From Octopus vulgaris (taxonomy: Eukaryota): DNA of 64,000 bases. Numbering within the stretch: position 1 is the first letter of the stretch; each line of letters opens with the position of its first letter. Made by a program: the position numbers and the translations under genes. The stretch is from positions 27,280,001 through 27,344,000 of the forward strand of contig OX597820.1 in assembly GCA_951406725.2 (NCBI GenBank), given 5' to 3'. Shown here piece by piece: positions 1 to 13,668 of this stretch. The notes beneath the pieces were generated by a model. The model was not told the origin of the DNA. It ran no database searches and saw nothing but the letters and a program-made list of their open reading frames with translations.

Positions 1-439
1 TGTTTCCATGACGGCAACAATTGTATATATATTTTTTAAACAAAATGTTATGTTTTAAAGCATTTCACTGTAACAGACGAATAAAGATAGGCAGAAACAA
101 AGAAAATTACTAATATTCATAAAAATATATCAACTTATAAACACAAATAAATTCACATAGTGTCCAGCGCTGTGTATGATCAATTATGTGGGTATCGATC
201 TTCAAATTTGATTGGTACTCTGTCACGATTACAGGATGTAGGAAGTCAATGTCGAGCATGGCTTAATTTGAGTTCCGGTTTTGAAGCACCATAAATCATT
301 TTGTCTGATGCTCTAACGATTTTGTCAATCCTCTATATTTTAACTTCTTACATAGGAGCCACAAGGCGAGAAAGTTCACGGGAAGGAAGTGTCCATTCTA
401 TTTGCTCTGTCCTTAGTATTTTAATCGTATTTTATTTTA

Positions 440-1066
440 TTGGGTTGTCCGGAAGGTTTGTGCCGATTTATAGTAGCTTGGTTGGCTGGTTGGCATCCTT
501 TCTGTCTCGGGAGACAATGGAGTTGCGCATAAAGTAGTCTAGTCCGGCTTTTATATTTCATGTCCTGATACATTTCCTGCTGTGGCTGTGTAGTCCTATC
601 CTGGACAAACACTCCCTCTGGCAGGTACCGCAAATGTAGCGAAGACTGTTCCTGGCTGGTTGTAATGCCATAGTCTCTTGTTGACGTCTCTTCTTTTCTT
701 TCCATTTCTCCTCTCTCTCTCTGTCACTCCTTTGTATTCCCTCTTTTACGGTACGTCGCCATTCTCCACGGTTGCCGGCAACTGCCACCCATCCGCTAAT
801 ATTGATGTTGCAGGCCTATAGTAGCTTACCTTTCGACTTATTTTAGAATATGGTTGAGCCCATAAAATAGGATTTGACTATACCTCCATTCAGACCACAG
901 TTTAAGCTATCTTTTCGTGGAAGAAGGTTTATGTTCCTATAACCTGTGTTAATTATGTAACCCTTTAAAATGGAAGATAACAAAGTTCATTTTCGGCACT
1001 TGATGCTTTGGGTACCAGACAAAAATTGCTACGGCTCGGCTGGGATGTGTTACCCCACCCTCCTCA
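440..1066 (+). mobile_element. Decayed mariner (DD34D) transposon: left TIR plus transposase fragment, interrupted by an RTE insertion
   Basis: TA|TTGGGTTGTCCGGAAGGTTTGTGCCGATTT at 438-469 matches the reverse complement of the right TIR at 54625-54654. Positions ~1013-1063 translate as TRQKLLRLGWDVLPHPP. Confidence 0.75.
480..816 (-). mobile_element. 5'-truncated RTE/BovB-like LINE 3' end
   Basis: ORF 558-788 reads AGNRGEWRR...YICGTCQRECLSRIGLHSHSRKC, the RTE C-terminal Zn-finger tail. An 11-bp TSD TATAGTAGCTT lies at 469-479 and 817-827. Confidence 0.9.
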
Positions 1067-1319
1067 GCCGAGTTCTTAATGGCAATTGTGAAAGAGGATT
1101 TCTTGTTACGAAGTAGGTCGATGGTCTTCTAGAATACTTTATTGTCCAATCTAAAATCAGATTCCAGCTCAATCCCCAAAGTTCTCGCTTAGCATTGGAA
1201 TTTTAACACTTTCTGTGGCACCTTTTCACTCCTCAGTGTACCTCCTACGCAGAAGGAAAGACTTGTCTCTAGCCTAAGCGTTGTAAGCCTCTAATTTACT
1301 CGGATAACATTTTAAACTT

Positions 1320-1710
1320 CTTTGCTGGAAACTTCATTATGAATACATTCTTCCAGCACAAGGATATCGATATGTATACCTGGTATGGGAATACTTTGGA
1401 ACAAAGGTCACTGACAGATTTTGTTATCGTTTTTGACCTGTTTGATTCTGTGCTGGACAAAGCTATCGACTGATCACCCTGTTGCTGTCTGGAACCTAAG
1501 ACTATCTACAACAGTAAGAACTCACAAACGTGGTAAGTCCATTACGACGTGCAAGAAAAGTTGGGAAGCCCTGGCTGATGATGGGATCAGAAACAAACAT
1601 GCAGACATTATTGTATCCAAATTCACAGACATTTCTAAACAAACTGAGGGGGGCGAAATGAAGTGGAGATGACTTTGTGTAGGCAACTCCTTCTTCGGCT
1701 GCACAATGCT
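1320..1710 (+). pseudogene. RTE-clade LINE AP-endonuclease fragment (decayed)
   Basis: Translates IMNTFFQHKDIDMYTW...RSLTDFVIV, then LSTDHPVAV in another frame. These are the APE motifs NTFF/YTW/IDY/SDH. Confidence 0.8.
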
Positions 1711-1819
1711 GCGGACAAACGTTCGAAACTAAAACTCGTAATGTTTTCATCACACTCATACATATACATGTATAAATATTCGTATGAACTCATAACACAC
1801 ATGCATATATGTCACTTCT

Positions 1820-2372
1820 CCGTTTATTTCAAGTTTCCTGGCCGATAGAGAAAGAGCCGGTTGTTAAACTAGATCGAAGTCTCCTTCACTGGAATTTCAA
1901 CATCAACAAGGAATGTATGAGGGATCAGTGCATTCCATCAAATGACACTGGGGTAAAATATACGAAACCCAGGATACCCATCATGGCTACACGTCATGAT
2001 AAGAGTACAAAAGGTACATGCATCACAACCAGTTAGAATTTTCTTCAGGTTGAGTAGCCCATCCCGTTCAAAAGGTCCCAGAATAAGGGTTCTTTAAGGA
2101 TGTTAAACGAAATATGTATGTATGTATATGTGCAGAATTATATTTTGTTTTATGTACGTCTTCTCATGCATATTGTTGCATATCTACATGATAAACTTCT
2201 GGAAAGTTTTACTGATTTTCACAGCTCCATTGTTGAATTGGATCTGTAGTCTTCAAATCCGCTTTCCCCTTTCTGGCTTTGAGAAGCCTGTTTCTCAAGA
2301 ATGGTATTTAGGCAGTGAATTACAAATCCCAGTACCCTATTAATTACAGTTATAAACCCAAACTTGTAACCT
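1820..2372. repeat. Unclassified interspersed repeat, copy 1, interrupted by a fragment of the TAA-associated element at ~1925-2110
   Basis: Co-linear similarity with 3786-4175, e.g. ATAGAGAAAGAGCC, GGAATTTCAACAT and ATGATAAACTTCTGGAAAG. Confidence 0.7.
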
Positions 2373-2841
2373 CGATAGAGTAGCTGTAGCGTCCTCAATA
2401 GTTCAGCGTAGGTATTTAGTTTTTCGCTGATCATTAGCTTTATGTTAGCATGCGTTGGGTTTCCACAATTGTACATATGTAAGTATGTATGTATGTATGT
2501 ATGTATGTATGTATGTATGTATGTATGTATGTATGTATGTATGTATGTATATCTGTACGTATTTGTTTCAGTGTGTGAATTCGTATCTGTGGGTGTGTTT
2601 CTTTAAAACCTCATAGGCTTTCGCTTCAAAATTTATTCAGCCCTTTGTCTTTTAAACAAACATCCATAGTTTCAGTGTCTACATGCCTCTACGATTGTCT
2701 TCTAGTCTGTAGGTATAAAAATCAGTTCACTGTACTTGCTGATTGCATCAGACACGTACCCAGTCAACGTCTGTTGTCGGAATGTCACGATATATTAAAA
2801 AATTCTGCCCAAACATACTTACAATATATGTGTGTGTTGAA

Positions 2842-2913
<72 letters not shown>

Positions 2914-2919
<6 letters not shown>

Positions 2920-3050
2920 TGTCCCAAAAGTTCGTAGAAAGTCTTGGAAAATAATCGTCTTTATTTTGAGGAATAATTTTTGTTGTTTTTGTTATTACTT
3001 GGCGAGTAAAAATTCAATTTTCGCAATTGTTTACGAACTTTTGGGACAAC

Positions 3051-3054
<4 letters not shown>
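2914..3054. mobile_element. Mariner-type MITE inserted in (TA)n
   Basis: TIRs AGGTTGTCCCAAAAGTTCGTA / TACGAACTTTTGGGACAACCT with TA flanks. Confidence 0.9.
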
Positions 3055-3128
<74 letters not shown>

Positions 3129-3166
3129 TGTATATATATATATATATGTGTGTATACGTATATATA

Positions 3167-3212
<46 letters not shown>

Positions 3213-3420
3213 AACACATACATATTACAATTTAATTGTAATATAATTGTAATGTAATTGTTAAATCTTCGGATGTTTTTTGAATATGCTAGACCACTGG
3301 CTTAAATTGATGTTAATTAATTGATATCAATTTCTACCCTCAGTATTTTAATATATATATATGCATATATACATACATATATGTATGAATATATGTATAT
3401 ATATATATATATATGTATGA

Positions 3421-3493
<73 letters not shown>

Positions 3494-3785
3494 CGTATAT
3501 ATATATATATATATATATATCAGCATATACACTTGGAGAGAGAATTATTCAATTGTAGCCAAAAGGGAAACTAAATGACGCCTAAGCTAGCCTAAATAAA
3601 AGACATAAAGGGTGTATAGATACACGCCCTATCTTCAATTTTCCCTCATTCATAGAAGACATACTCATACGCACCCACACAGGCAAATATATTATGGACT
3701 TGGCAGTGTTCTAGTTACTTCAACAATGAAATTCCCCATTAATGATTCATTGATAGATATCTTTGTATGTATGTATGTCATTATT

Positions 3786-4175
3786 CAGTTTTATTTCTAG
3801 GTTTCATGCCAATAGAGAAAGAGCCAGTTTCTAATCTAGGTTCTTTGCTTTTTCATTGGAATTTCAACATGAACAACAGGATATTTTTATTTGTATGTAT
3901 TTATATGTGCAGATTTGTATATTTTGCTTTATGTATGTAAGTATTCTCATGCATATAGTTGCATATCTAGACATGCTCATATAAACTTAAATGATAAACT
4001 TCTGGAAAGGTTTACATATTTTTACAGTTCCAGTAATGGATTGGATCTGCAGTCTTCGAATTAGCTTTCTCCTTTCTGCTTTTGAGAAGCCTAATTTCTT
4101 AAGATTAGTATTTACGCAGTGTGTTACATATTTCAGAGCACCAATAATTACAGGTATAAACCTGAACTTGTAAAC
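3786..4175. repeat. Unclassified interspersed repeat, copy 2
   Basis: Similar to 1820-2372. Confidence 0.7.
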
Positions 4176-4420
4176 CTAGTAGAGGTAAGAGGTTATTATT
4201 GTTCACTGATATTTTTCCTATCATGTCTGTAATAGATTTGTGACTATTCGGTGGTATAGAAGTATTTTTGACTTCTATTTCTTAGCGATATAGGTGCTCA
4301 TGGAGTGCCCTTCTGTATATATGTACATATCTAATATTGTATGTATATATTTTATTAATTTTGCCGGTACGGCTGATAATTCGCTTTCCACTCGTGACGG
4401 TATTTTCATGATACCATCTC

Positions 4421-4473
<53 letters not shown>

Positions 4474-4718
4474 GAAGCAAAGTACCTAGTTCTAAAATCT
4501 CTATACAAGATGCAACCCCAGGGAGACATTCCTCCAGTTGGTTAACGACAACGACACTCTATCAGTGTCGGTTATACTGCAAACAAAAGGAGCGAACATC
4601 TTCCATTCAGCGTTGACAGGAAACAATAGAGCAGCTGGATCGACATGTGCCCATTAGTTCAAAATATTAAACACACACACACACACACACACACATACAC
4701 ACACACATACACACACAC

Positions 4719-4942
4719 GTGGCTTAGTGGTTAGGGTGTCAGCATCATGATCGTAAGATTGTGGTTTCGATTCCAGGAGCGTGCGACGCGTTGAGTTCTT
4801 GAGCAAAACACTTCATTTCACGTTGTTCCAGTCCACTCAGCTGGCAAAAATGAGTAGCGCTGCGATGGACTGGCGTCCTGTCCAGCTGGGGAAACCGAGA
4901 AACTGGGCCCATGAGTCTGGCTAGGCTTTAAAAGGGCGCATT

Positions 4943-4946
<4 letters not shown>
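4719..4946 (+). mobile_element. tRNA-derived SINE with CORE-like and V-like body
   Basis: A box TGGCTTAGTGG, B box GGTTTCGATTCC, then CTTGAGCAAAACACTT and CTGCGATGGACTGGCGTCCTGTCCAG. Confidence 0.8.
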
Positions 4947-4999
<53 letters not shown>

Positions 5000-5605
5000 C
5001 ACATATGCACACACACACACATACACACACACACACACACTCATATACATATAGATATGTGCACGCGCATGTGTGTTAGCTACAAATTAACTGGCTAGGA
5101 TTTTAAGCATTTATGTTGAAGTCTAAACATAAAGTCTAGAGTTCATCCTGCGAGAATCAAATGACATATGGATCGTGTCCCAGACGACGTTATTTCGTAT
5201 TGCAACTAAAGGGATTTGGGACAGTCTAATCACTCAGATTAGCATTCATAAATGTTTAAAATGATAACCTAATCATATTCTGATCATATAAAATTTCGAA
5301 GCTGTTCATCCCAACTGAAGAATGTCCGTTAACTATCATTTAAAGTATTCCACTATGTAACACTTAAATTGTTTATGATATAGAGCAGATCACTTTTTAA
5401 GAATAATATGGTGATATGATATAAAGGATGAGTATTGATAAATATGTCTCATTTACATAAGACTTTTATTACCTCTCCTAAGTCATAACAGTCAAATTTC
5501 TGCTTGATAATAGACTATAATACAATAATACAATAAAGAAGCAACCTATCTGCTAATGGGCACGAGCCTACTAAATGATGTGTGTTACTCGTAACAGGTG
5601 GAGTT

Positions 5606-7225
5606 TGGTTTCAAATTTTAGCACAAGGCTAGCACTTTTTGGATAGTGGGTAAGTCGATTACATCGACCCCAGTGCTCAGTTGGTACTTATTTTATGGAA
5701 CCACAAAGGATAAAAAACAAAACTGACCTCGCCGGAATTAGAACTCAGAACGTAAAGACAGTCGATCGTAAGAGCAGACGTAAAACCTTTCACCCGGCGT
5801 TCTAACGATTCTTATTTCTTTATTGCCCACAAGGGGCTAAACACAAAGGGGACAAACAAGGACAGACAAAGAGGTTAAGTCGATTATATCAATCCCAGTG
5901 TGTAACTGGTACTTAATTTATCGACCTCGAAAGGATGAAGGGCAAAGTCGACCTCGGCGGAATTTCAACTCAGAACGTAACAGCAGACGAAATACCTATT
6001 TCTTTACTACCCACAAGAGGCTAAACACAGAGAGGACAAACAAGGACAGACAAACGGATTAAGTCGATTATATCGACCCCAGTGCGTAACTGGTATTTAA
6101 TTTATCGACCCCGAAAGGATGAAAGGCAAAGTCGACCTCGGCGGAATTCGAACTCAGAACGTGACAGCAGACGAAATACCGCGAAGTATTTCGCCCGATG
6201 TGCTAACGATTCTGCTAGTATGTCGCCTTAGGTGGACTTAATAATGATTTCAAATTTTGGCACGAGGCCAGCAGTTTTGCAGGAAGGGGAAAGTCGAGAA
6301 CATCGACGTGAGTGTTCAAATGGTGTTTATCCAATCGACGCCGAAAGTCGACCGCGGCGGAATTCGATGTGAAGTTAATATTGGTTTCAAATTTCGGCAC
6401 AAGGCCTGCAATTTCGGTAAGGGCGTGAGTCGAGTATATCGACCTCAGTATACAACTGGTACTTATTTTATCGACCATTAAAAGAGGAAAAGCAAAGTGA
6501 AACCCAGTTGAATTTGAAGTCAGAACATAAATACGGACGAAATGCCGCTAAGCATTACGCCCAACGCGGTAACAATTCTGCCAGCTGTCCACCTTAGGTG
6601 GATTTGATATTAATTTCAAAGAATGCGGTGAGCTGGCAGAATCGTTAGCACGCCGGGCGAAATGCTTAGCGGTATTTCGTTTGCGCTACGTTCTAAGTTC
6701 AAATTCCGCCGAGGTTGACTTTGCTTTTCATCCTTTCGGGGTCGATTAAATAAGTACCAGTTGTGCACTGGGGTCGATATAATCGACTTAATCGGTTTGT
6801 CTCTCCTTGTTTGTCCCCTCTGTGTTTGTGTTTAGCCCCTTGTGGGTAGTAAAGAAATAAGTAATTAGTCTGTCTTTATCGATCTCAAAAGGATGAAAGG
6901 CAAAGTGCATCTCGGCGGAATTTGAACTTAGAATGTAAAGATGGACGAAATGCTGCTCAGCATTTTGACCGTCGCGGTAGCTATTTCGCCATCTCTTCGT
7001 CTTACGGGAGACGGCAAACTGGCTGAATCATTAGCATGTCGGGTTAATTGCTTAGCGGTATTTGGTCCATCTTTACATTCTGAGTTCAAATTCCGCTGAG
7101 GCCGACTTTACCTTTCATCCTCTCGGGGTCGGTAAAATAAGTATCAGTTGATCACTAGGGATCGATATAATCGACATAGCCCCTCCCTCGAAATTGCTGG
7201 TCTTGTGCCAAAATTTGAAACCAAT
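5606..7225. mobile_element. Cluster of ~8 family-A SINE copies or fragments (tRNA head, Meta-like domain) in both orientations
   Basis: Repeated GGCGAGCTGGCAGAA...GTTCAAATTCCGCCGAGGTCGACTTTGCCTTTCATCCTTTCGGGGTCGATAAA.TAAGTACCAG. Minus copies at 5606-6595 and 6875-7003, plus copies at 6624-6860 and 7011-7225. Confidence 0.9.
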
Positions 7226-8119
7226 AGATAATGTATTTAGTAAAGCGTTTACACATTCGTATATAAAAGACTAGGTCATGCAGAATACTTTTGGCGTATT
7301 TGGTAGCACAGCATACCGGCGTAAGACGGATATGAAAGTCGATACCCGTGAGATATTATTTTAACTTTCGATATTTAAATATTCAGGCTTTATACTTATT
7401 CAATACAATTAATTACTATGCATATTCTATATTTTGCTCAAAGCGTAAAGATATGAAAATTTCAGTGTAATGCTACATTGTGATGGTTCGAGTGCTGCGC
7501 TGAGGAACTTAACAATCCCATTAAGTTATATTGTTTGTGATATGCATCGTTCGTAGCTTGATGGAAACTTTGCCATCCCATATGCCGACAGCGTTTCAAA
7601 ATGACTCTCTCTTAGGTGAAACCCGTGAAGGATAATGGTGTACAGTTGTAGTAGAAATAGAGGTTGTAACAGAATTTATAAGAGCAGCTGTTGCCTCCTG
7701 CGCCTTCCCATCATCATCATCAATAGTAGTAGTAATAGTAGTAGTAGTAGTAGTAGTAGAAGCAATAGTAGTAGTAGTCATTGTCAGTGATGCTGTTGTA
7801 TTCTTCTTCTTCTTCTTCTTCTTCTTCCAATCAGGATTCACGCCATTAGCTACAAAGAATAATCTCTAATTCGAGCCTACTCTAAGCTACTAAGAATGCG
7901 TGTGGCAACTTGAAGATCCACGCACCACACGCGATAGACTGGCGGTTGCACGGGCGTGAAATCTACGTTGTTATCCTCATTCCGTAAACGGTGGCTTTTT
8001 AACGGATGGAGAGCTGAACCATCCTGGGGTACAGAGGATTCGCAATCTAGACTAGGGTCTGAAAGTTTTACCACATCATAGTGGGTTACACGATGGTTCC
8101 TCTGCTTTGTAGTAGAAGT

Positions 8120-8317
8120 AGGAAGAAAGAGTGAGAGAAAGTTGTGGTGAAAAAGTACAGCGGGGTTCACCACCCACCCACCCACTACCGCCGGAGCCTC
8201 ATAGAGCTTATGTGTTTTTGCTCAATAAACACTCACAATGCCCGGTTTGGGAATCGAAACCGCGTTCTTACGACCGTGAGTCCACTGCCCTAACCACTGG
8301 GCCATTGCGCCTCCACT
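8120..8317 (-). mobile_element. Family-C tRNA-derived SINE
   Basis: Reverse complement begins GTGGAGGCGCAATGGCCCAGTGGTTAGGGC...GGTTTCGATTCCC. Confidence 0.85.
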
Positions 8318-8981
8318 GCTGGTGTTGCTACCGTAGCGGTTCTTTTTTGGCTCTATTTGAACCATGCACAAGAAGACTTATAGTTAAAACTGTTACAGAC
8401 AGGATCATTTATCACTTCAGATGCCACCCAGTTATACACTATGCGATATATCCTTCTCTTTTTCAAACTAAGATAATACAAATTTGACGTGGATTTAACT
8501 ACTATCCATTTCTAGCCATGCCAGCAACAACGAAGAGCCTCTCCATTCGCTTACGATATCCAGTACTACCGTTACTAGATTATATTTCCTTTTCTCGTCA
8601 TTCAGCCGAGATTCCCAAGTTATTGTTTTTTTTTTCCTGTCAGATAATCATTGCACTTTTATAAGCCAGTTTGTCTACATTCTCTTTGCTCCACTGAATG
8701 CAACAGTTTTCCTTTTCCTTTTTTTTTTTTTATTTATTCTAAACAGATATCGATTGGTCTACTCGATATTTGGTTTTATTATCATGTACATTGCTGAAAG
8801 ACATGCTACGGTTTCATAATTCCTTACGATTTGACGTCTCATACGCTTCCGGTAACACTGTGTAACGCCTTACATTCATATGATAAAAAAGATACCAACT
8901 TGAATTAGTAGACTAGAAGTAACATGTCTCGGCAACAGATTTATTGCAAATAAAAACTACAGAAGTGTATTTTTGTTGTTC

Positions 8982-9012
<31 letters not shown>

Positions 9013-9436
9013 GGCTGTTGTTATTGTTTTTGTTGTTTATTGCCTGATCAACTTTGCTGCAGCAGATATATGCTCAGAGGCATTGCAGCTATGAAAATCA
9101 TTGCTCAAAGGTGTGTTTAGAAATACATATGTAGGGACGTTTAGCAGCTCTTTGCAACAAGTCCAATAACTAGATTGATGCTCCCTAAAGAGATGAATGT
9201 TTTTTTGTATCACGAGAAGAATATAGATTGACATTATGCATACAGACACATAGACACACACATACACACACACACATCCATCCATCCGTCCTTCCGTTCG
9301 TCCGTTCGTCCGTTCATCCATCCATCCATCCATCCATCCATCCATCCATCCATCCATCCATCCATCCATCCTTCCTTCCTTCCTTCCTTCCTTCCTTCCT
9401 TCCTTCCTTCCTTCCTGTAACATGATGCATGTGTGC

Positions 9437-9773
9437 TGAGACCCCTTCGGTCATGACTGACCATAGGATTGCACCTAGAAAGTTACTCTCCCAGGTACGA
9501 GTCCGGGCAAGGTTGTTTATGGAAGACCAGCAGTCACTCATACATATAAGCTTCCCCTCTCCACGCCATCAGTGTTATTCAAGAGAAAATTAAAAGGCTA
9601 ATACAGCTTGGCACCAGTGATGTCGCAACTCATTTCTACAGCTGAGTGAACTGGAGCAACGTGAAATAAAGTGCTTTGCTCAAGAACACAACACGCAGCC
9701 CGGTCCGCGATTCGAACTCACAACCTCACGATTGTAAGATCGACGCTCTAACCACTGAGCTATGCACCTTCAC
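9437..9773 (-). mobile_element. tRNA-derived CORE-like SINE
   Basis: Reverse-complement head GTGAAGGTGCATAGCTCAGTGGTTAGAGCG...GAGTTCGAATC, followed by TTCTTGAGCAAAGCACTTT. Confidence 0.8.
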
Positions 9774-9884
9774 AATTGCATGTGTTTCTCTATCTAATTT
9801 ACAATATTTTTAAATACCTATTCTATATGTGTAGGTAAAACATATATCTACACGTTGAAATGTAACTCCTTTCATGGAAATTCA

Positions 9885-9993
9885 CCCCTTATGAAATACT
9901 CAATGAACCAGTTTCAATATGAAAATTTTAAATGAATTTAAATGAATTTAGTTTCTCTAATTGAATCAATTGGATAGTGAAACTGCTGTAGGG
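9885..9993 (+). ncRNA. Degenerate type I hammerhead ribozyme (G5 mutated) in a short (TA)n-abutting element
   Basis: ccc-CTTATGA-aatactcaat...attggatagt-GAAA-ctgctg-TA-ggg. Stem II is 8/10 paired. Confidence 0.5.
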
Positions 9994-10071
9994 ATAAGGA
10001 TTTCATATATTGATTTGAATATCTTTGAATAGACTGATGTCTATATGTCATTTTCTCCAATTTCTTCTGTT

Positions 10072-10148
<77 letters not shown>

Positions 10149-11615
10149 AGCGGTACGAAAAGGAAATTATAGGTCTGGATATACACGATGCTGTCGAAAT
10201 CACTGGAATTTACAAGTAATCGCAACAAACTGAACACCTCATATGTGTCCAGGAAATGTGTGAAGACCCTTTTACTGTTCACTCTACGTGTTGTAGTAAA
10301 CAAGTGTGTATAGCTGGGTATATAAACATAACGCAAGTTCCTCGCGCAAGTGTCAATTGAGAATTACATGTGTAGTGTGCTTCTCCGAAACTAATCACAA
10401 AATGCAATACAAAGTACCATATGGGCGATTATATATATGTATGCAAGGTGCCTTTGGGCAAAAGCGTAATAATGTATATGGTATATTAGAATTTGAACCA
10501 AGACATATGACTACAGATTTAAAAAAGGGCATAAAAATAACACTGTCGATTATGAAGGATTTGATTTTCGAATGTATAAATGGAGTGAGAAAACGCCAGG
10601 TATCGGAGATAAGCGCACGTGTCGCATTGGTTAGTTGGTTTTATTTGGTCTGGCTGCGTGCGGCTCTCATATAAAACCAATCAACTGCATTCTCCAAAAT
10701 GTCCAGTGGTTACCCTCGTATTTCGTCTCCCCATTTACTCTAGAGCCAGAACGTGAGCAGTTGTTAAGAGCACCTTATCTGTCTATTGTCTCACTTCGTG
10801 CTAAGTTTCAACCAACAGGTACACACTTCCATATATCCATCCTCATTTAATGGAGCACACTACGCATCACAAATCAACCACAATTTCCTTCAACACCTCT
10901 CTGAGGGGATATAGAAGACCCGTCCGTTTATCAAAAAACAGAGGTATCATACCAGCCTCCTTCATCTTCGATCAACTTTTCGGACAAGAAAATGGTGCCT
11001 TTTGAGATATAACGTTCCCACATTTTCCTCCAGAAAGACCTGACTCTTGTCCAAAGCTTCTCTCTGGCTCGTAACGCTAGTAAAAAATGTGCTGTCATGG
11101 TAGTTTTTTCATTTTTCAAATCTGTGCTTTCGTTATGTTTTTATTTTCTATCTAATTTGTGTTTATTAAAGTGTAAAGGCCTGTGCTTACAACGATATTT
11201 GTATAATTCTTTTTTGAAAATACTGTTTTATATTTCTTTTGTTTAGAAAATTAAAAATAAAAAAAAAATTCAAATACTTTTTGAACTGTATTCGTTGCTA
11301 TCACCTTTGTGGCTCAAACCTAACTTGTTTCTCTAGAAGATGTGCTATTAAATCACTAGTAAACAAGAAAAATGATTGCTGGCAAAATATAATAAATATC
11401 TAAAGATATTTTCTGCATCAAAGACCGTTGTCCACGCTCAAATGTTTTACAACGCTGTGTTAACTAAATCAACCAGAAATTATTGATTTTCAATTAAGTA
11501 AAACTTGATTAGAATCCAGTATTTCTCGGAGCTCTGTATAGGCCTATCTCACGGCAAGTATTATTATAGTTATTATTATTATCATTATTGTTATTATCAT
11601 TATTATTATTATTAT

Positions 11616-12170
11616 TGAGTGAGAGAACAACGAATGTCATCAAAGTAACACTGGGGTAAAATATATGAAACCCAGGATACCTATCATGACAACCCGTCTG
11701 ATAAGGGTACACCAGGCATATGCATCACAACCATATGTGCGCCACATGGTGGTCTCATATCAAGATTAATAGCGCATGACCTTCCAAGTGGGGCCCAGTT
11801 AGAATTTTCTTCAGCTCGCGTAGCCCATCCTCCTCAAAAGATCGCTAAATAAAGTTTGTTTAAGGATAATGAACAAAACAGCCATGTTTCCAGAGGTGAA
11901 TAATTCAAACCCCAAAGAGTTCCTCTCAACACACGATTACGATTCTCTCCCGCTACTTCTGCTCGTGATAAGAGATGCACATATCGTCAACTAACAAAGG
12001 ATATGCTGAACTGGTTAAGGTCAAACAACTGACAAACAAATCTGTGGTATTGAACAGAATATTCGCTGTAGACCATTTTTAAAACCAAAGCAAAACAATG
12101 TACATGATAATACTTCCAATCAGTTATGATCAGAGGCCATGAGAGTCAGTGCCTGGTACATCAGGGCATT
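11616..12170 (-). mobile_element. ~550-bp non-coding element inserted in (TAA)n, copy 1
   Basis: Reverse-complement homolog of 58761-59308, flanked by (TTA)n on both sides. Confidence 0.85.
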
Positions 12171-12448
12171 TATTATTATTATTATTACTTTTTTTTGTCT
12201 TCTTTCAAATTTGCTTTCATTTCTTGCCGAGTGTCTTCCCGACTCCTAGGGCAAAGAAACTCATAGTATACATTGGTAGGCCATTAAACCAAACTCAATA
12301 GTTCGTTCATTTAAAAAAAATCTTTTTTTTTTTTAAGTTAAATTAAAATACATGAGCAGCAACAGTTCTCACATCGACAATGCTCTTCTCAATACGTGTG
12401 ATGTACCGGTTAAGACAATCTTTTGCACTTCTTTTATTATTATTATTA

Positions 12449-12498
<50 letters not shown>

Positions 12499-12499
12499 A

Positions 12500-12896
12500 A
12501 GGCGGCGAACTGGCAGAAATGTTAGCACGCCGGGCGAAATACGTAGCCGCATATCGTCTACCGTTACGTTCTGAGTTCAAATTCCGCCGAGGTCGACTTT
12601 GCCTTTCATCCTTTCAGGGTCGATAAATTAAGTACCAGTTACGCACTGGGGTCTATATAATCGACTTAATCCGTTTGTCTGTCCTTGTTTGTCCTCTCTG
12701 AGTTTAGCCCCTTGTGCGTAGTAAAGAAATAGGTATTTCGCCCATCGCTACGTTGTGAGTTCAAATTCCGCTTAGGTCGACCTTGCCTTTCATTCTTTCG
12801 GGGTCGATAAATTAAGTACCAGTAAAACACTGCGGTCGATGTAATCGACTATCCTTCTCACTAACAATGTCAAGCCTTGTGCCTATAACAGAAATG

Positions 12897-12934
<38 letters not shown>

Positions 12935-13155
12935 TATTATTATTATTAAAGCCGTGAGCTGGCAGAATCATTATCATTAGCACGCTGGACGAAAGGCTTA
13001 GCGGTATATCGCCTGTCGATACGTTCTTAGTTCAACTTACGCCGAGGTCGACTTTGCCTTTCGGGGTCGGTTAGAAAAAGTATCAGTGAAACACTGGGGT
13101 CGATGTAAATCGACTTAACCCCCTGCCCCAAGCTGCTCTTGTGGCAAAAATTAAA
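12500..13155 (+). mobile_element. Two to three family-A SINE copies in (TTA)n tracts
   Basis: Family-A heads at 12500 and 12950, with a re-iterated body at 12730-12895. Confidence 0.9.
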
Positions 13156-13170
13156 AATTATCATTATTAC

Positions 13171-13280
<110 letters not shown>

Positions 13281-13668
13281 GACAACATGACGTTTTTTTA
13301 CTGATCCAGGAACAATTGAAAGCAATGACGGTCTCTTTGGGATTTGAATGTACATAGATACGACCAACCCTTTAGCATTCAGATGACTCAGTAAAATGTA
13401 ATGCTTATTCTACTTACATTGCATCGAAGTAACCCTGTACTATCTCATAGCTTCAGGCATTCGATGACGTGATTGTTTACTTTTAGAATAACACTAGACT
13501 ACTCGTGACCCAGTGAGTCACTGACGGTTCAGGCTATAAAACGTTGAAGCTGGTTTCAACATTGCATGGAAATGAAAGTTGATTTTATAATGATTCAGTT
13601 AAATATTTCAATTCGTTCGTTTCATCATAGGCATGATTTACAAGTTCACGTTTAGGTTTTATTAATTA

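Noticed and set aside
2645-3578. Long [16 protein letters not shown] ORFs here and throughout the window
   Set aside because: These are stop-free translations of (TA)n, (TG)n and (TATG)n microsatellites.
10860-11119. Coding-like minus-strand segment (possible exon or Merlin-like transposase relic)
   Set aside because: It is frameshifted, with no diagnostic motif or splice sites that I can support.
12500-12590. tRNA genes (A/B boxes in SINE heads)
   Set aside because: The heads run into SINE bodies, are multi-copy and do not close a cloverleaf.
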